DNA of 63,996 bases, the filler included, from Octopus bimaculoides (taxonomy: Eukaryota): the NCBI RefSeq assembly GCF_001194135.2. It is 5 parts of 4 records of this genome, joined end to end, with 100 filler letters (N's around TTAATTAATTAA, not from the genome) between each part and the next. Parts side by side here need not be neighbours in the genome. Positions count along the whole stretch, not along the records: positions 51,133 to 62,889 come from NC_069010.1; positions 62,990 to 63,996 come from NW_026312936.1; 3 more parts are not named here. One strand, written 5' to 3'. A program made the position numbers and the translations under genes. The notes under the pieces were generated by a model. The model saw nothing but the letters and a program-made list of their open reading frames with translations, was not told the DNA's origin and made no database searches. Positions 53,271 to 63,996 of this stretch are shown in pieces (within the stretch, counting starts at the first letter, position 1; each line of letters starts with the position of its first letter).

Positions 53271-54191
53271 TGTGGGAATGTGACAGTATGTAGGGAACAA
53301 ACGCGCATGCGTTACACATACATCACTACATATGGGACACCAATAAATATTTGTTCCTTCATCTTACGTCCTTTTCTCCATGCCGGCATGAGTTAGTTGA
53401 ATACATCTTAAGGTATTGTTTTACAACTGGTTGCTTTTCCTGTCACTAACCCTTGCCTGAGTTTCAACTAGTCTTTTTTTTTATCCTTTGTCTTTTTCTT
53501 GTTTCATAGTGGCCATGCTGGGGCATTGCCTTGAAGAGTTTTAGTCAAATAAACACACACACACACACATATGAAAAGTTTCTATTGCAGTTTCCCTCTT
53601 CCTGATTCACTCATAAAGTATTGGTCTGTTCAGGGCTATAGAAGAAGACACCTACCCACAGTGCTATACAGTGATACTGAACCCAAATCAACCTGGTTGA
53701 AAAGCAATCTTCTTAACCACATAGCTGCACCTGCTCTCATGTATGTNNNNNNNNNNNNNNNNNNNNNNNNNNNNNNNNNNNNNNNNNNNNNNNNNNNNNN
53801 NNNNNNNNNNNNNNNNNNNNNNNNNNNNNNNNNNNNNNNNNNNNNNNNNNNNNNNNNNNNNNNNNNNNNNNNNNNNNNNNNNNNNNNNNNNNNNNNNNNN
53901 NNNNNNNNNNNNNNNNNNNNNNNNNNNNNNNNNNNNNNNNNNNNNNNNNNNNNNNNNNNNNNNNNNNNNNNNNNNNNNNNNNNNNNNNNNNNNNNNNNNN
54001 NNNNNNNNNNNNNNNNNNNNNNNNNNNNNNNNNNNNNNNNNNNNNNNNNNNNNNNNNNNNNNNNNNNNNNNNNNNNNNNNNNNNNNNNNNNNNNNNNNNN
54101 NNNNNNNNNNNNNNNNNNNNNNNNNNNNNNNNNNNNNNNNNNNNNNNNNNNNNNNNNNNNNNNNNNNNNNNNNNNNNNNNNNNNNNNNNNN

Positions 54192-54490
54192 CCTAGTACT
54201 TATTCTATCGGTCTCTTTTTTGCCGAACCGGTAAGTTACGGGGGCGTAAACACACCAGCATTGGTTGTCAAGCGATGTTGGGGGGGACAAATACAGACAC
54301 ATACACACATACACATATATATATATATACATATATACGACGGGCTTCTTTCAGTTTCCGTCTACCAAATCCACTCACAAGGCTTTGGTCGGCCCGAAGC
54401 TATAGTAAAAGACACTTGCCCAAGGTGCCACGCAGTGGGAATGAACCCGGAACCATGTGTTTGGTAGGCAAGCTACTTACTACACAGCCA
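54192..54490 (-). mobile_element. SINE family C, cut by gap
   Basis: Close to the 22316-22725 copy. Confidence 0.82.
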
Positions 54491-55818
54491 CTGATAAATA
54501 GATTTTTTTTATTTAAACATTCTTGTACAGAAATTGTTTATTTGCATTGGTAGATGGGGAAAAGTTTGGTAGGATATTACCTGCACATCTCTCTTTGTGT
54601 TCATTCAAAAGAATCTGTCTGTACTTGGGGAAATGGATTTGTTCCTTATGTTATCAGAGTGGAAATGGCAAACCATGAAAGCAAGAAGGGGATGCTGTTG
54701 GAGAGAGAAAGAGGGGAGGGGTTAGTAGAACTGTTTGGAAAAAAAAAAAAAAAGAGTTGAAATACCACCACTTCAGTATAGATATGACAAGCTGCCACCT
54801 GTTGTAATTTTTGACGATATAGTAAAGTATTTGTTGTAATTTTGTGTTAAAAAAAAAAAGATACCAGACTGTAAAGTAAACTTGTAATTTAAAAAACAGT
54901 AAAATGAAGCTACATGCTTTGGAGGACAAGTAAGTCATTTCATCCTCATTTTCATCATATTCAGAATTCATCCGATATATATTTTTATGTACTCCGTTGT
55001 CTTGATTTGTCTGTCCGTGACATTGCTGTGTGGTAAGAAGCTTGCTTCCCAACCACGTGGTTCTGAGTTCAATCCCACTGCATGGCACCTTGGGCAAGTG
55101 TCTTCTACTATAGCCTTTGTGAGTGGATTTGGTAGACAGAAACTCCAACCCCACACAAACACGAACACACACATACTCAAAAAACCGCCTGTTGACCTTC
55201 TACCTAACACTGTCTATAAGCATCCACTAACCATTCCTGCTACTAATTTCTTCCAATACGTCATACACACACACACACAAACAGACTAACAGATAAACCA
55301 CCAAACCATGCACACACACACACACACACACACANNNNNNNNNNNNNNNNNNNNNNNNNNNNNNNNNNNNNNNNNNNNNNNNNNNNNNNNNNNNNNNNNN
55401 NNNNNNNNNNNNNNNNNNNNNNNNNNNNNNNNNNNNNNNNNNNNNNNNNNNNNNNNNNNNNNNNNNNNNNNNNNNNNNNNNNNNNNNNNNNNNNNNNNNN
55501 NNNNNNNNNNNNNNNNNNNNNNNNNNNNNNNNNNNNNNNNNNNNNNNNNNNNNNNNNNNNNNNNNNNNNNNNNNNNNNNNNNNNNNNNNNNNNNNNNNNN
55601 NNNNNNNNNNNNNNNNNNNNNNNNNNNNNNNNNNNNNNNNNNNNNNNNNNNNNNNNNNNNNNNNNNNNNNNNNNNNNNNNNNNNNNNNNNNNNNNNNNNN
55701 NNNNNNNNNNNNNNNNNNNNNNNNNNNNNNNNNNNNNNNNNNNNNNNNNNNNNNNNNNNNNNNNNNNNNNNNNNNNNNNNNNNNNNNNNNNNNNNNNNNN
55801 NNNNNNNNNNNNNNNNNN

Positions 55819-55865
<47 letters not shown>

Positions 55866-55894
55866 GTATATGTAAAAAAAATACACCATTTTCG

Positions 55895-56122
55895 GCGTGG
55901 CCGTTGCCAGTACCGTCTGACTAGCCTTCATGCCGGTGGCACGTAAAAGCATCCACTACACTCTCGGAGTGGTTGGCGTTAGAAAGGGCATCCAGCTGTA
56001 GAAACTCTGCCAAATCAGATTGGAGACTGGTGTAGCCATCTGGTTTCACCAGTCCTCAGTCAAATCGTCCAACCCATGCTAGCATGGAAAGTGGACGTTA
56101 AACGATGATGATGATGATGATG
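55895..56122 (+). repeat. Family B retroposon 3' end
   Basis: Near-identical to 1-180. Confidence 0.8.
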
Positions 56123-56606
56123 TAGGTATACATACATAGATACATACATACATACATTACATACATATCTATATGCATAACTAGACAAACATGACCTGTA
56201 ATTTTATTTCCTCATAAACTTTCAGAAAAAGTCTGTTTTTCACTAAAATTTATTGCAAATATCTATTAGCTGGTGTTCATTACAATTACATGGTAATTTA
56301 ATGCAAAAGAAAAAAAATGATGGGTGGTGTACACACATAATATGGATAGACATCACACACATGTATAACTATTTAAGAAAACATGGAAGTTTGAAAAGTC
56401 ATGTGATGTAAGTATGAATGCTTGTGCAGTTTTTTTTCTCTACCCCTGTTTAATTGCGATATTATCGTAATTTGCAAATGAAAGGCATTTGTAGAAAATG
56501 TCATTAAAGGGTCTCACTTTTTCTGAAAGTTATGAAGAAACAAAGTTGTGTGTAGGAGAGGGGGATATCATTGTGCTGTTATGCCTTTGCATATATATAT
56601 ATATAT

Positions 56607-56911
56607 CATCATCATCATCATCATTGTTTAACGTCCGCCTTCCATGCTAGCATGGGTTGGACGATTTGACTGAGGACTGGTGAAACCGGATGGCAACACC
56701 AGGCTCCAGTCTAATTTGGCAGAGTTTCTACAGCTGGATGCCCTTCCTAACGCCAACCACTCAGAGAGTGTAGTGGGTGCTTTTACGTGTCACCCGCACG
56801 AAGGCCAGTCAGGCGGTACTGGCAAAGGCCACGCTCATCTCACTCGAGAAACCTCATGTGTCACCCGCACAAGAGCCAGCCCAGGGGCACCAGCAATGAT
56901 CCCACTCGAAA
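56607..56911 (-). repeat. Family B retroposon 3' end, cut by gap
   Basis: Near-identical to 7278-7500. Confidence 0.8.
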
Positions 56912-57884
56912 NNNNNNNNNNNNNNNNNNNNNNNNNNNNNNNNNNNNNNNNNNNNNNNNNNNNNNNNNNNNNNNNNNNNNNNNNNNNNNNNNNNNNNNNN
57001 NNNNNNNNNNNNNNNNNNNNNNNNNNNNNNNNNNNNNNNNNNNNNNNNNNNNNNNNNNNNNNNNNNNNNNNNNNNNNNNNNNNNNNNNNNNNNNNNNNNN
57101 NNNNNNNNNNNNNNNNNNNNNNNNNNNNNNNNNNNNNNNNNNNNNNNNNNNNNNNNNNNNNNNNNNNNNNNNNNNNNNNNNNNNNNNNNNNNNNNNNNNN
57201 NNNNNNNNNNNNNNNNNNNNNNNNNNNNNNNNNNNNNNNNNNNNNNNNNNNNNNNNNNNNNNNNNNNNNNNNNNNNNNNNNNNNNNNNNNNNNNNNNNNN
57301 NNNNNNNNNNNNNNNNNNNNNNNNNNNNNNNNNNNNNNNNNNNNNNNNNNNNNNNNNNNNNNNNNNNNNNNNNNNNNNNNNNNNNNNNNNNNNNNNNNNN
57401 NNNNNNNNNNNNNNNNNNNNNNNNNNNNNNNNNNNNNNNNNNNNNNNNNNNNNNNNNNNNNNNNNNNNNNNNNNNNNNNNNNNNNNNNNNNNNNNNNNNN
57501 NNNNNNNNNNNNNNNNNNNNNNNNNNNNNNNNNNNNNNNNNNNNNNNNNNNNNNNNNNNNNNNNNNNNNNNNNNNNNNNNNNNNNNNNNNNNNNNNNNNN
57601 NNNNNNNNNNNNNNNNNNNNNNNNNNNNNNNNNNNNNNNNNNNNNNNNNNNNNNNNNNNNNNNNNNNNNNNNNNNNNNNNNNNNNNNNNNNNNNNNNNNN
57701 NNNNNNNNNNNNNNNNNNNNNNNNNNNNNNNNNNNNNNNNNNNNNNNNNNNNNNNNNNNNNNNNNNNNNNNNNNNNNNNNNNNNNNNNNNNNNNNNNNNN
57801 NNNNNNNNNNNNNNNNNNNNNNNNNNNNNNNNNNNNNNNNNNNNNNNNNNNNNNNNNNNNNNNNNNNNNNNNNNNNNNNNNNNN

Positions 57885-57916
<32 letters not shown>

Positions 57917-58139
57917 CAAAGGATATATAAGCATGTATACACACATATATGTACATACTTACATCTACATGTGTATATAGATGCATATTCGGGTACAGGA
58001 CGTTAGGAAAATGAACTACAGACAACGGAACGAACACATAGGAAAGTAAATAGCCACTTGGAATTATTCAGCAGCTGCTTCTATTCTAAACTAGGCGTAC
58101 ACACACACACACACACATATATGATAATTTTTCATTTTA

Positions 58140-58377
58140 TCTCATTCTAAAATTACATAACAGTTTCAACGAAATAACAGTAACGAGAAATTTAATAAAA
58201 TAACGATGTTCATTTTTCGTCCTATTCCGTTCATTTCTTTGGCGGGGGATTTTTAATGTCGACCACCGCCTTTGACTTTTATTGTACCTCCACCAAACGA
58301 GAGTTCCTGTGCATGTGCTCTGAGAAAAGAAGAGTCTCGCCGAGAGAGAGAGAGAAGAGAAGAAGTTGAAGACTTAA
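58140..58377 (+). promoter_or_regulatory. Probable OTUD6B promoter and 5' UTR
   Basis: Local CpG retention, a GGCGGG box (~58240) and a purine-rich leader immediately upstream of the start codon. Position-based inference; the TSS is not mapped. Confidence 0.5.
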
Positions 58378-58456
58378 ATGCAAGAGATGGAAGATGATAT
58401 AGTCACGGAAGAAGATCTATTGGTCAGGCATCGTAAAGAGAAGAAAAATCTCCAAG
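58378..58456 (+). CDS. OTUD6B: OTU domain deubiquitinase 6B, coding exon 1: MQEMEDDIVTEEDLLVRHRKEKKNLQ
   Basis: ATG directly preceded by an in-frame TAA; CAAG|GTATAT donor. Matches the OTUD6B N-terminus EEQLLRRHRKEKKELQ. A second in-frame ATG lies at 58387. Confidence 0.9.
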
Positions 58457-58851
58457 GTATATTCAGCAAAACTATTTTTTTTTTTTACCTCTTTAGCATG
58501 ACTAGTTTTGGTGTAGTTTTAAGTAATAACTTTTTGTCGAAGGCTTGAGAAGTTTTTTTAAGGTAAATCAAGCTTCGTAGGGAAACTTGTGATAGTCTGG
58601 AGTCTACTGTTAGTAATTTGTGAATGCAATAAACAATAATGAGTTAATAATTGGTTTACTGCGAGGAAGTATTAAAAAAATAGGCAAAAAATATATCGGT
58701 AATTTCGTACTTGACGATCGTAAAATCGATCATCATAAAATCTATCATATTTTCAAGTCATTTAAACACATAAACACACTATGAGTTTCTATTTAATGTT
58801 GTCTTTTCATATTTTCAAGTCATCTAAACACGTAAACACACTATACGTTCA

Positions 58852-59520
58852 TGTAATCAGTATGCGTGCGCGCAACGACCGGAAGTTGTGGTGAACTAGT
58901 ATCGAAAGATCGCCCGACCCCGGCGTGACCTTTCAGAGTATGCTTGGTAGCAGCTCACCCTGTTCTTAAGTATTGGAAGATCGTCTTTCCACCGCCACTC
59001 CATTGTCCCCATCCGATCATCGGACGCCGCCTGAAAATCTTTGTCCTCGATGGTGTAAGCGGCGCAGTCTCTCACGGGGCTCTACTCTCCCCGGCGGTCC
59101 CGACTCACGGCGCACGATGCCCCCCCCCCATACTTCCGAACGTGACCTCATCTCCTACAATCCTGACACCACCAATGCGGTTGATGGCGTCCATCCCCAT
59201 CACGATATCAACCCCCGTCTATCACATATTCGATCACGATCACCCGTAGCCTTAGCGACGCGCCTGGCAACACTATCTCCACACTGCAGCTGCCCTTGCA
59301 ACAGATCTTGCTGCCGTCGACCGCCCGGACGCTACTCGCCCCATCTCATTTCTTCGCTACCCTTGGTGTCACGAGGGTAGTCGTGCAACCTGTGTCCACG
59401 AGGGCCTTGAACTTCTTCCCCTCAACCTCGACTATGGGCAGCGTCTCCACAAGCGCCTCTACCCGGTCGTGGGGAAAGTTTGAGAGGCAGCAAACTTTTC
59501 CTCTTCCGGTCAGCTGATTA
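58852..59520 (-). mobile_element. Gypsy LTR-retrotransposon fragment (aspartic protease region) in OTUD6B intron 1
   Basis: FKALVDTGCTTTLV protease active site and downstream VDIVMGMDAI. GC- and CpG-rich. The left end reads TGTAA on plus (...TTACA on the element strand), as expected for an LTR terminus. Confidence 0.8.
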
Positions 59521-59887
59521 GATTGACTTCCATTTATGGTCAACAAAAATTTACCTGCAATTACCTGGGGTACTTTATTGTCACCATCCACACTGTTTTA
59601 ATTTCCACTTTTCCATGTTTGCATGGATCAGATGAGATTTGCTGAGGCAGATTTTCTGGAACTAGATGCTTTTTTTGATACCAACCCTTTCCAATTTCCA
59701 AATAAGGTAATATTTCCCCATGGCCAGACATGTTTCCACAGAAGCTTAAACAGAGATGTGTGTCTGTCATTGTGTTGTAACTGGCTGATGGTTTTTATGG
59801 AGATTTGACTGCTATTTCTAGCAAGTCTACTTGAAGAGATGTATGTCACTGGGATATTTAGTTGTTTCGAACCCCTCTACTGGGACA

Positions 59888-60260
59888 TAATTTGGTTTAA
59901 CCCTCCCCTCCTGCTATTCTGTTGGGTTGCTTCCATTACATCTCATCTCCAAAAGATCAAATATTCTGTGTTAAAGATCATTTGGTTTAACCCTCCTGTT
60001 ACATATTCCGTTGGGTTCCTTCTATTACAGCTTAGATCCAAAGGATCAAGTATTCTGTGCTAAAGATAATTTGGTTTAACCCTCCTGCNNNNNNNNNNNN
60101 NNNNNNNNNNNNNNNNNNNNNNNNNNNNNNNNCAGCTTAGATCCAAAGGATCAAGTATTCTGTGCTAAAGATAATTTGGTTTAACCCTCCTGCTAAACAT
60201 TTTGTTGGGATGCTTCCATTACAGCTCAGATCCAGAAGATCAAGCACTCTGTGCCAAAAG
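59888..60260 (+). repeat. ~89-bp tandem repeat spanning the OTUD6B intron 1/exon 2 boundary
   Basis: TTTGGTTTAACCCTCC recurs at 59891, 59981, 60070 and 60175. Each unit includes a copy of the acceptor and the first ~35 nt of exon 2. Confidence 0.9.
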
Positions 60261-60376
60261 GGGACAAAAAGCGCAAGAAGGAAGCTACAGATGAGATTGC
60301 CAAACTTGAAGGGGATTTGAAGAAGAAGCACGACGAGGAATCAGCCAAGTTGGTGGCATCTTTAAATGAAAAAGAG
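60225..60376 (+). CDS. OTUD6B: OTUD6B exon 2 (152 nt): AQIQKIKHSVPKGDKKRKKEATDEIAKLEGDLKKKHDEESAKLVASLNEKE
   Basis: ttccattacAG acceptor and GAG|GTAAGT donor. Phase 1 fits exon 1. Matches human AKIQGMKNAVPKNDKKRRKQLTEDVAKLE. Confidence 0.93.
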
Positions 60377-61017
60377 GTAAGTGTGGTGGTGGTGGTGGGC
60401 AGTGTTGTTTGTACTGTTGTAGCTGTTGTTGGTGTAGTGGAGTGTGACTTAGTTTTCTAGATATCACAGTAATGTTCCATTCGAGTGCTGGGGTTCAGTA
60501 ATATTGGTTAAACACCTAGAATTTGCAGATCTTTAAAGAAAAAAAAAACATAAAGATGGTANNNNNNNNNNNNNNNNNNNNNNNNNNNNNNNNNNNNNNN
60601 NNNNNNNNNNNNNNNNNNNNNNNNNNNNNNNNNNNNNNNNNNNNNNNNNNNNNNNNNNNNNNNNNNNNNNNNNNNNNNNNNNNNNNNNNNNNNNNNNNNN
60701 NNNNNNNNNNNNNNNNNNNNNNNNNNNNNNNNNNNNNNNNNNNNNNNNNNNNNNNNNNNNNNNNNNNNNNNNNNNNNNNNNNNNNNNNNNNNNNNNNNNN
60801 NNNNNNNNNNNNNNNNNNNNNNNNNNNNNNNNNNNNNNNNNNNNNNNNNNNNNNNNNNNNNNNNNNNNNNNNNNNNNNNNNNNNNNNNNNNNNNNNNNNN
60901 NNNNNNNTGCGTTCTATGCCTTGACCTGAGCATAGAATGGGGCTTGCGTCTTTGAGCTGGGAAATGAATGGAATGCTTGGTGTGTGTCCTGAGAACCCAG
61001 GTTCGAAATTTCCGCAA

Positions 61018-61063
61018 GACACCTGATGAAGGCTGGAGGGTATATCAGCCAAAACGCTGTGTT
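61018..61063 (+). ncRNA. Decayed Penelope-type hammerhead motif
   Basis: GACAC-CTGATGA-A-GGCTG(GAGGGTATAT)CAGCC-aAAAC-GcT-GTGTT. G12 and U16.1 appear mutated. Confidence 0.5.
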
Positions 61064-61237
61064 AACAACAAACAAGATGAGGACAAATGTCTGTCAATTG
61101 TAAATAACGTATGAATTGTATTGTTTAGATTATTCTTAGATGCTTGTTGTAAAGAGTGTGTGCTATGTTTGAAAATTGTTCTGTTTGAGCCGATCTATTG
61201 AATTGTGAGCCATTTTTATTTGTCCTTCTATTGTCAG

Positions 61238-61342
61238 TCGGTTCAGGAAGTTGGGAAAGGAATATCCAAACTGACCACTGATGATAACGATAATGGACCA
61301 ACAGAGGAAGTCCGGAAAATATCGAAAGCGCAAAAGCGTAGG
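61238..61342 (+). CDS. OTUD6B: OTUD6B exon 3 (105 nt): SVQEVGKGISKLTTDDNDNGPTEEVRKISKAQKRR
   Basis: tccttctattgtcAG acceptor and AGG|GTAAGT donor. Ends in the conserved ISKAQKRR motif. Confidence 0.92.
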
Positions 61343-61384
61343 GTAAGTTTCACTGAATTCTTGTGGTCATTCCCCTTGTTGTTG

Positions 61385-61972
61385 TTGTTGTTTAACCCCA
61401 GGTTGCTGCTGATCGGCAGACCTATGATCAATAGTGTCCCAAGCATGATCATCCTTTCTTGTATTTATTCAGACATAGTGTATCTTGGACTGCACTCTGT
61501 AATGTATCCTTCCTGGTAGCTGCTGTTTAGCCCCAGGTCAGTCCTGATCCAGCAGACCTATGATCAAAGATGTTCCAACTATGACCATCCTGTCTTTTAT
61601 TCAGACACAGTGTATCTAAGGCTACATCATCTATTGTCTGGCCTTGTTTAGCCTCAGGTCAGTTCCAGTTGTGACCATCCTACCTTTTATACAGACATAG
61701 TGTATCTAGGACTACATTATCTAATGTGCTCTTCCTTGTTGTTGTTGTTTAGCTCCAGGTTAGTCCTGATCCATCAGACCTATGATCAAAGATGTTCCAG
61801 TTCTGACCATCCTGTCTTTTATTCAGACATGTGTCTAGGAATACATTATCTAATGTGTCCTTCCTTGTTGTTTGGCATTTGGTCAGTCCTGATTCAAAAG
61901 TGTTCCAGCTGTGACCATCCTGTCTTTTTTATTCAGGCATGGTGTATCTAGGACTATGCTATCTGATGTGAT
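61385..61972 (+). repeat. Tandem array of five ~100-135-bp units just after OTUD6B exon 3
   Basis: Unit TGTTTAGCCCCAGGTCAGTCCTGAT...GACCTATGATCAAAG...GACCATCCTGTC...GTGTATCTAGG. Monomers are dispersed at ~32490, ~38760 and ~42000. Confidence 0.85.
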
Positions 61973-62258
61973 CTTTTTTCTCATTTTTCTCATCATCATC
62001 ATTATTTAATGTCCGTTGTCTATGCTGGATGACTGCACCAAGCTCCAGCCTGATTTGTTATGGCTTTCTACAGCTGGATGCCCTTCCTAACACCAACCAC
62101 TCCAAGAGTGTAATGGGTGCCTTTACGTGACAACTGAACAATGTGTATCTTGGCTCAATGAAAGATGTGTGATGGTCAAAGTGTCTTTTTTATGGTGAGC
62201 AACCACAACATAAACCAAGGAAGAAGGTATAACGATTGTGTGAAGGAAAACCTGAAGA

Positions 62259-62290
<32 letters not shown>

Positions 62291-62333
62291 NNNNNNNNNN
62301 AAACTATATATATATATATATATATATATAGGT

Positions 62334-62740
62334 GCAGGTGTGGCTATGTGATAAGAAGTTTGCTTCCCAACCACATAGTTCTGGGTTCAGTTCCACTGCT
62401 TGGCACCTTGGGGAAGTGTCTTCTACCATAGCCTCAGACCAACCAAATGCCTGTGAGTGGATTTGGTAGACGGAAACTGGAAGAAGCCCATTGTATATAT
62501 ATGTGTGTGTATGTTTGTGTCTATTTGTCCACACACACACACACACACACACTCACTGTTTGAGAACCAGTGTTGATGCATTTACATCCCTGTAACTTAG
62601 TGGTTTGGTGAAGGAGAATGATAGAATAAGTACCAGGCTTAGCAGAAGGATAAGCCCTGGGGTTAATACATTTGACTAAAAATTCTTTAAGGCGGTGCCC
62701 CAGCATGGCCACAGTCTAATGAATGAAACAAGTAAAAAAT
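62334..62740 (+). mobile_element. SINE family C
   Basis: Head, internal microsatellite and 3' core. Confidence 0.8.
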
Positions 62741-62889
62741 AGAAGATATATTAGAGAAGAAGTAGACATTAAAATAATGATGATGATGTTGCTGCTGTTT
62801 GTTATTATGATTTACCATTTCCTTTCTCTTCTCCCTCTCTCTCTCTCTCATCTGCACCTTCCGACTGTGAAGGACAAAAAAGCTGCTGA

Positions 62890-62989
62890 NNNNNNNNNNN
62901 NNNNNNNNNNNNNNNNNNNNNNNNNNNNNNNNNTTAATTAATTAANNNNNNNNNNNNNNNNNNNNNNNNNNNNNNNNNNNNNNNNNNNN
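62890..62989. other. Artificial 100-bp scaffold-join spacer
   Basis: 44N-TTAATTAATTAA-44N. Confidence 0.9.
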
Positions 62990-63074
62990 TATATATATAT
63001 ATATAGTTGAAACTTACTAGACATATTTATATATATATATACAGAGAGAGAGAGCGAGAGAGAGAGAGAAAGAG

Positions 63075-63117
<43 letters not shown>

Positions 63118-63754
63118 GTAGATTCCTGCTTATCTAGATCTCCTCTCTTATTATTCAGGTCACTAGTGAATTATTAGCTTACGTGTGCGAGTGTAGACAG
63201 CAGTCGGTGGCCTATTTAAGGCTTAATTGATAAAATGTATCGAGACATGATAAACAGCGGTATGCATCAGTGACAACGAGACGAGAAATGTGATCATATG
63301 ATGTGCTAGAAATAGCAGATAAATCACTCTTAAATCACTCACAAACCCACACAAATCACTGCGAGTCACATAGCTTAAAGCCAGGGTTGAATGTCTCGTA
63401 AATCACCCCAACTACAACCAAAGAAAAAAAAATGCGTATTCCCTAATTGCAACTTTAAAACGCGAGGTCACTTTATAACAACTGGTTGTACACAAGTTTA
63501 GAAGTAAGTCTGGAGTAGGTCAGCAACTTGAGTCGAGTAAAACTGAAATTTATTTAATCATACAACGCATGCGCAATTGTCTACTAGAGGGCTGACCAAA
63601 CTTATTTCACAGCGGGCCGGAAAACTGAGAAAAGGACGACCGCGGGTCGCATAACACTTTTTCTTCAATAGAATACAGTGAATACACAAAAAATAAAGAC
63701 AACCAAATTATTTACTTTCCAAAAAGTTATAAAAAAAGTCAACGTTAGCAATAC

Positions 63755-63909
63755 GATAGTTATATCACATATAAGATAGTTATATCACAGCCAAGATAGT
63801 TATATCACTGCTAAGGTCGTTATATCACAGCGAAGATAGTTATATCACAGCCAAGATAGTTATATCACAGTCAAGATATATCACAGCGAAAATAGTTATA
63901 TCACATATC
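63755..63909 (+). repeat. 20-bp minisatellite (GATAGTTATATCACAGCCAA), about 8 units
   Basis: Directly visible tandem units. Confidence 0.92.
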
Positions 63910-63996
63910 TGTTTTTAAGGGGTTGGCTTTGAGAGTTGCATTCCTTGCGTTCGGTAAAAATGTGCTTTTTTATGGTAGTCTGACCTTAGAGTCCCT

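Noticed and set aside
53571-58037. ORFs of 160-410 aa containing X runs
   Set aside because: They are open only because they cross N gaps. The same applies to those at 1686, 5103, 47222 and 60508.
61385-63909. CRISPR-like array in the tandem repeats
   Set aside because: Units are contiguous with no unique spacers, and the context is a eukaryotic intron.

Overview
AT-rich, microsatellite- and SINE-dense animal genomic DNA from a gapped draft scaffold. The repeat families and composition suggest an octopus or other cephalopod (inference). Three protein-coding genes are recognisable from spliced exons that I read by hand; the ORF track shows them only partly. (1) WASHC5/strumpellin on the minus strand: three consecutive exons at 21898-21982, 15430-15530 and 7742-7864. 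Its 5' exons and the next 3' exon were not found. (2) Three in-frame exons of a CD109/TEP-like thioester-protein MG2 region on the plus strand (47501-50196), with no identifiable continuation. (3) The first three coding exons of OTUD6B on the plus strand (58378-61342). The remainder is at least four SINE-like families, RTE LINE, Penelope-like, mariner/Tc1, hAT, piggyBac-like, Helitron and Gypsy relics, and simple repeats. Four identical artificial 44N-TTAATTAATTAA-44N spacers mark scaffold joins. Most notable observations: two same-strand type I hammerhead-ribozyme folds with non-canonical cores near the left end, plus a decayed third at 61 kb; a ~89-bp tandem repeat that has copied the OTUD6B exon-2 splice acceptor into stop-codon decoys; six CRE palindromes spaced about 200 bp apart; an RTE tail with tandem C2H2 fingers; and a CpG-decay contrast that questions the placement of the 28.7-51.1 kb block. 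No CRISPR array, rRNA gene or intact tRNA gene was seen.
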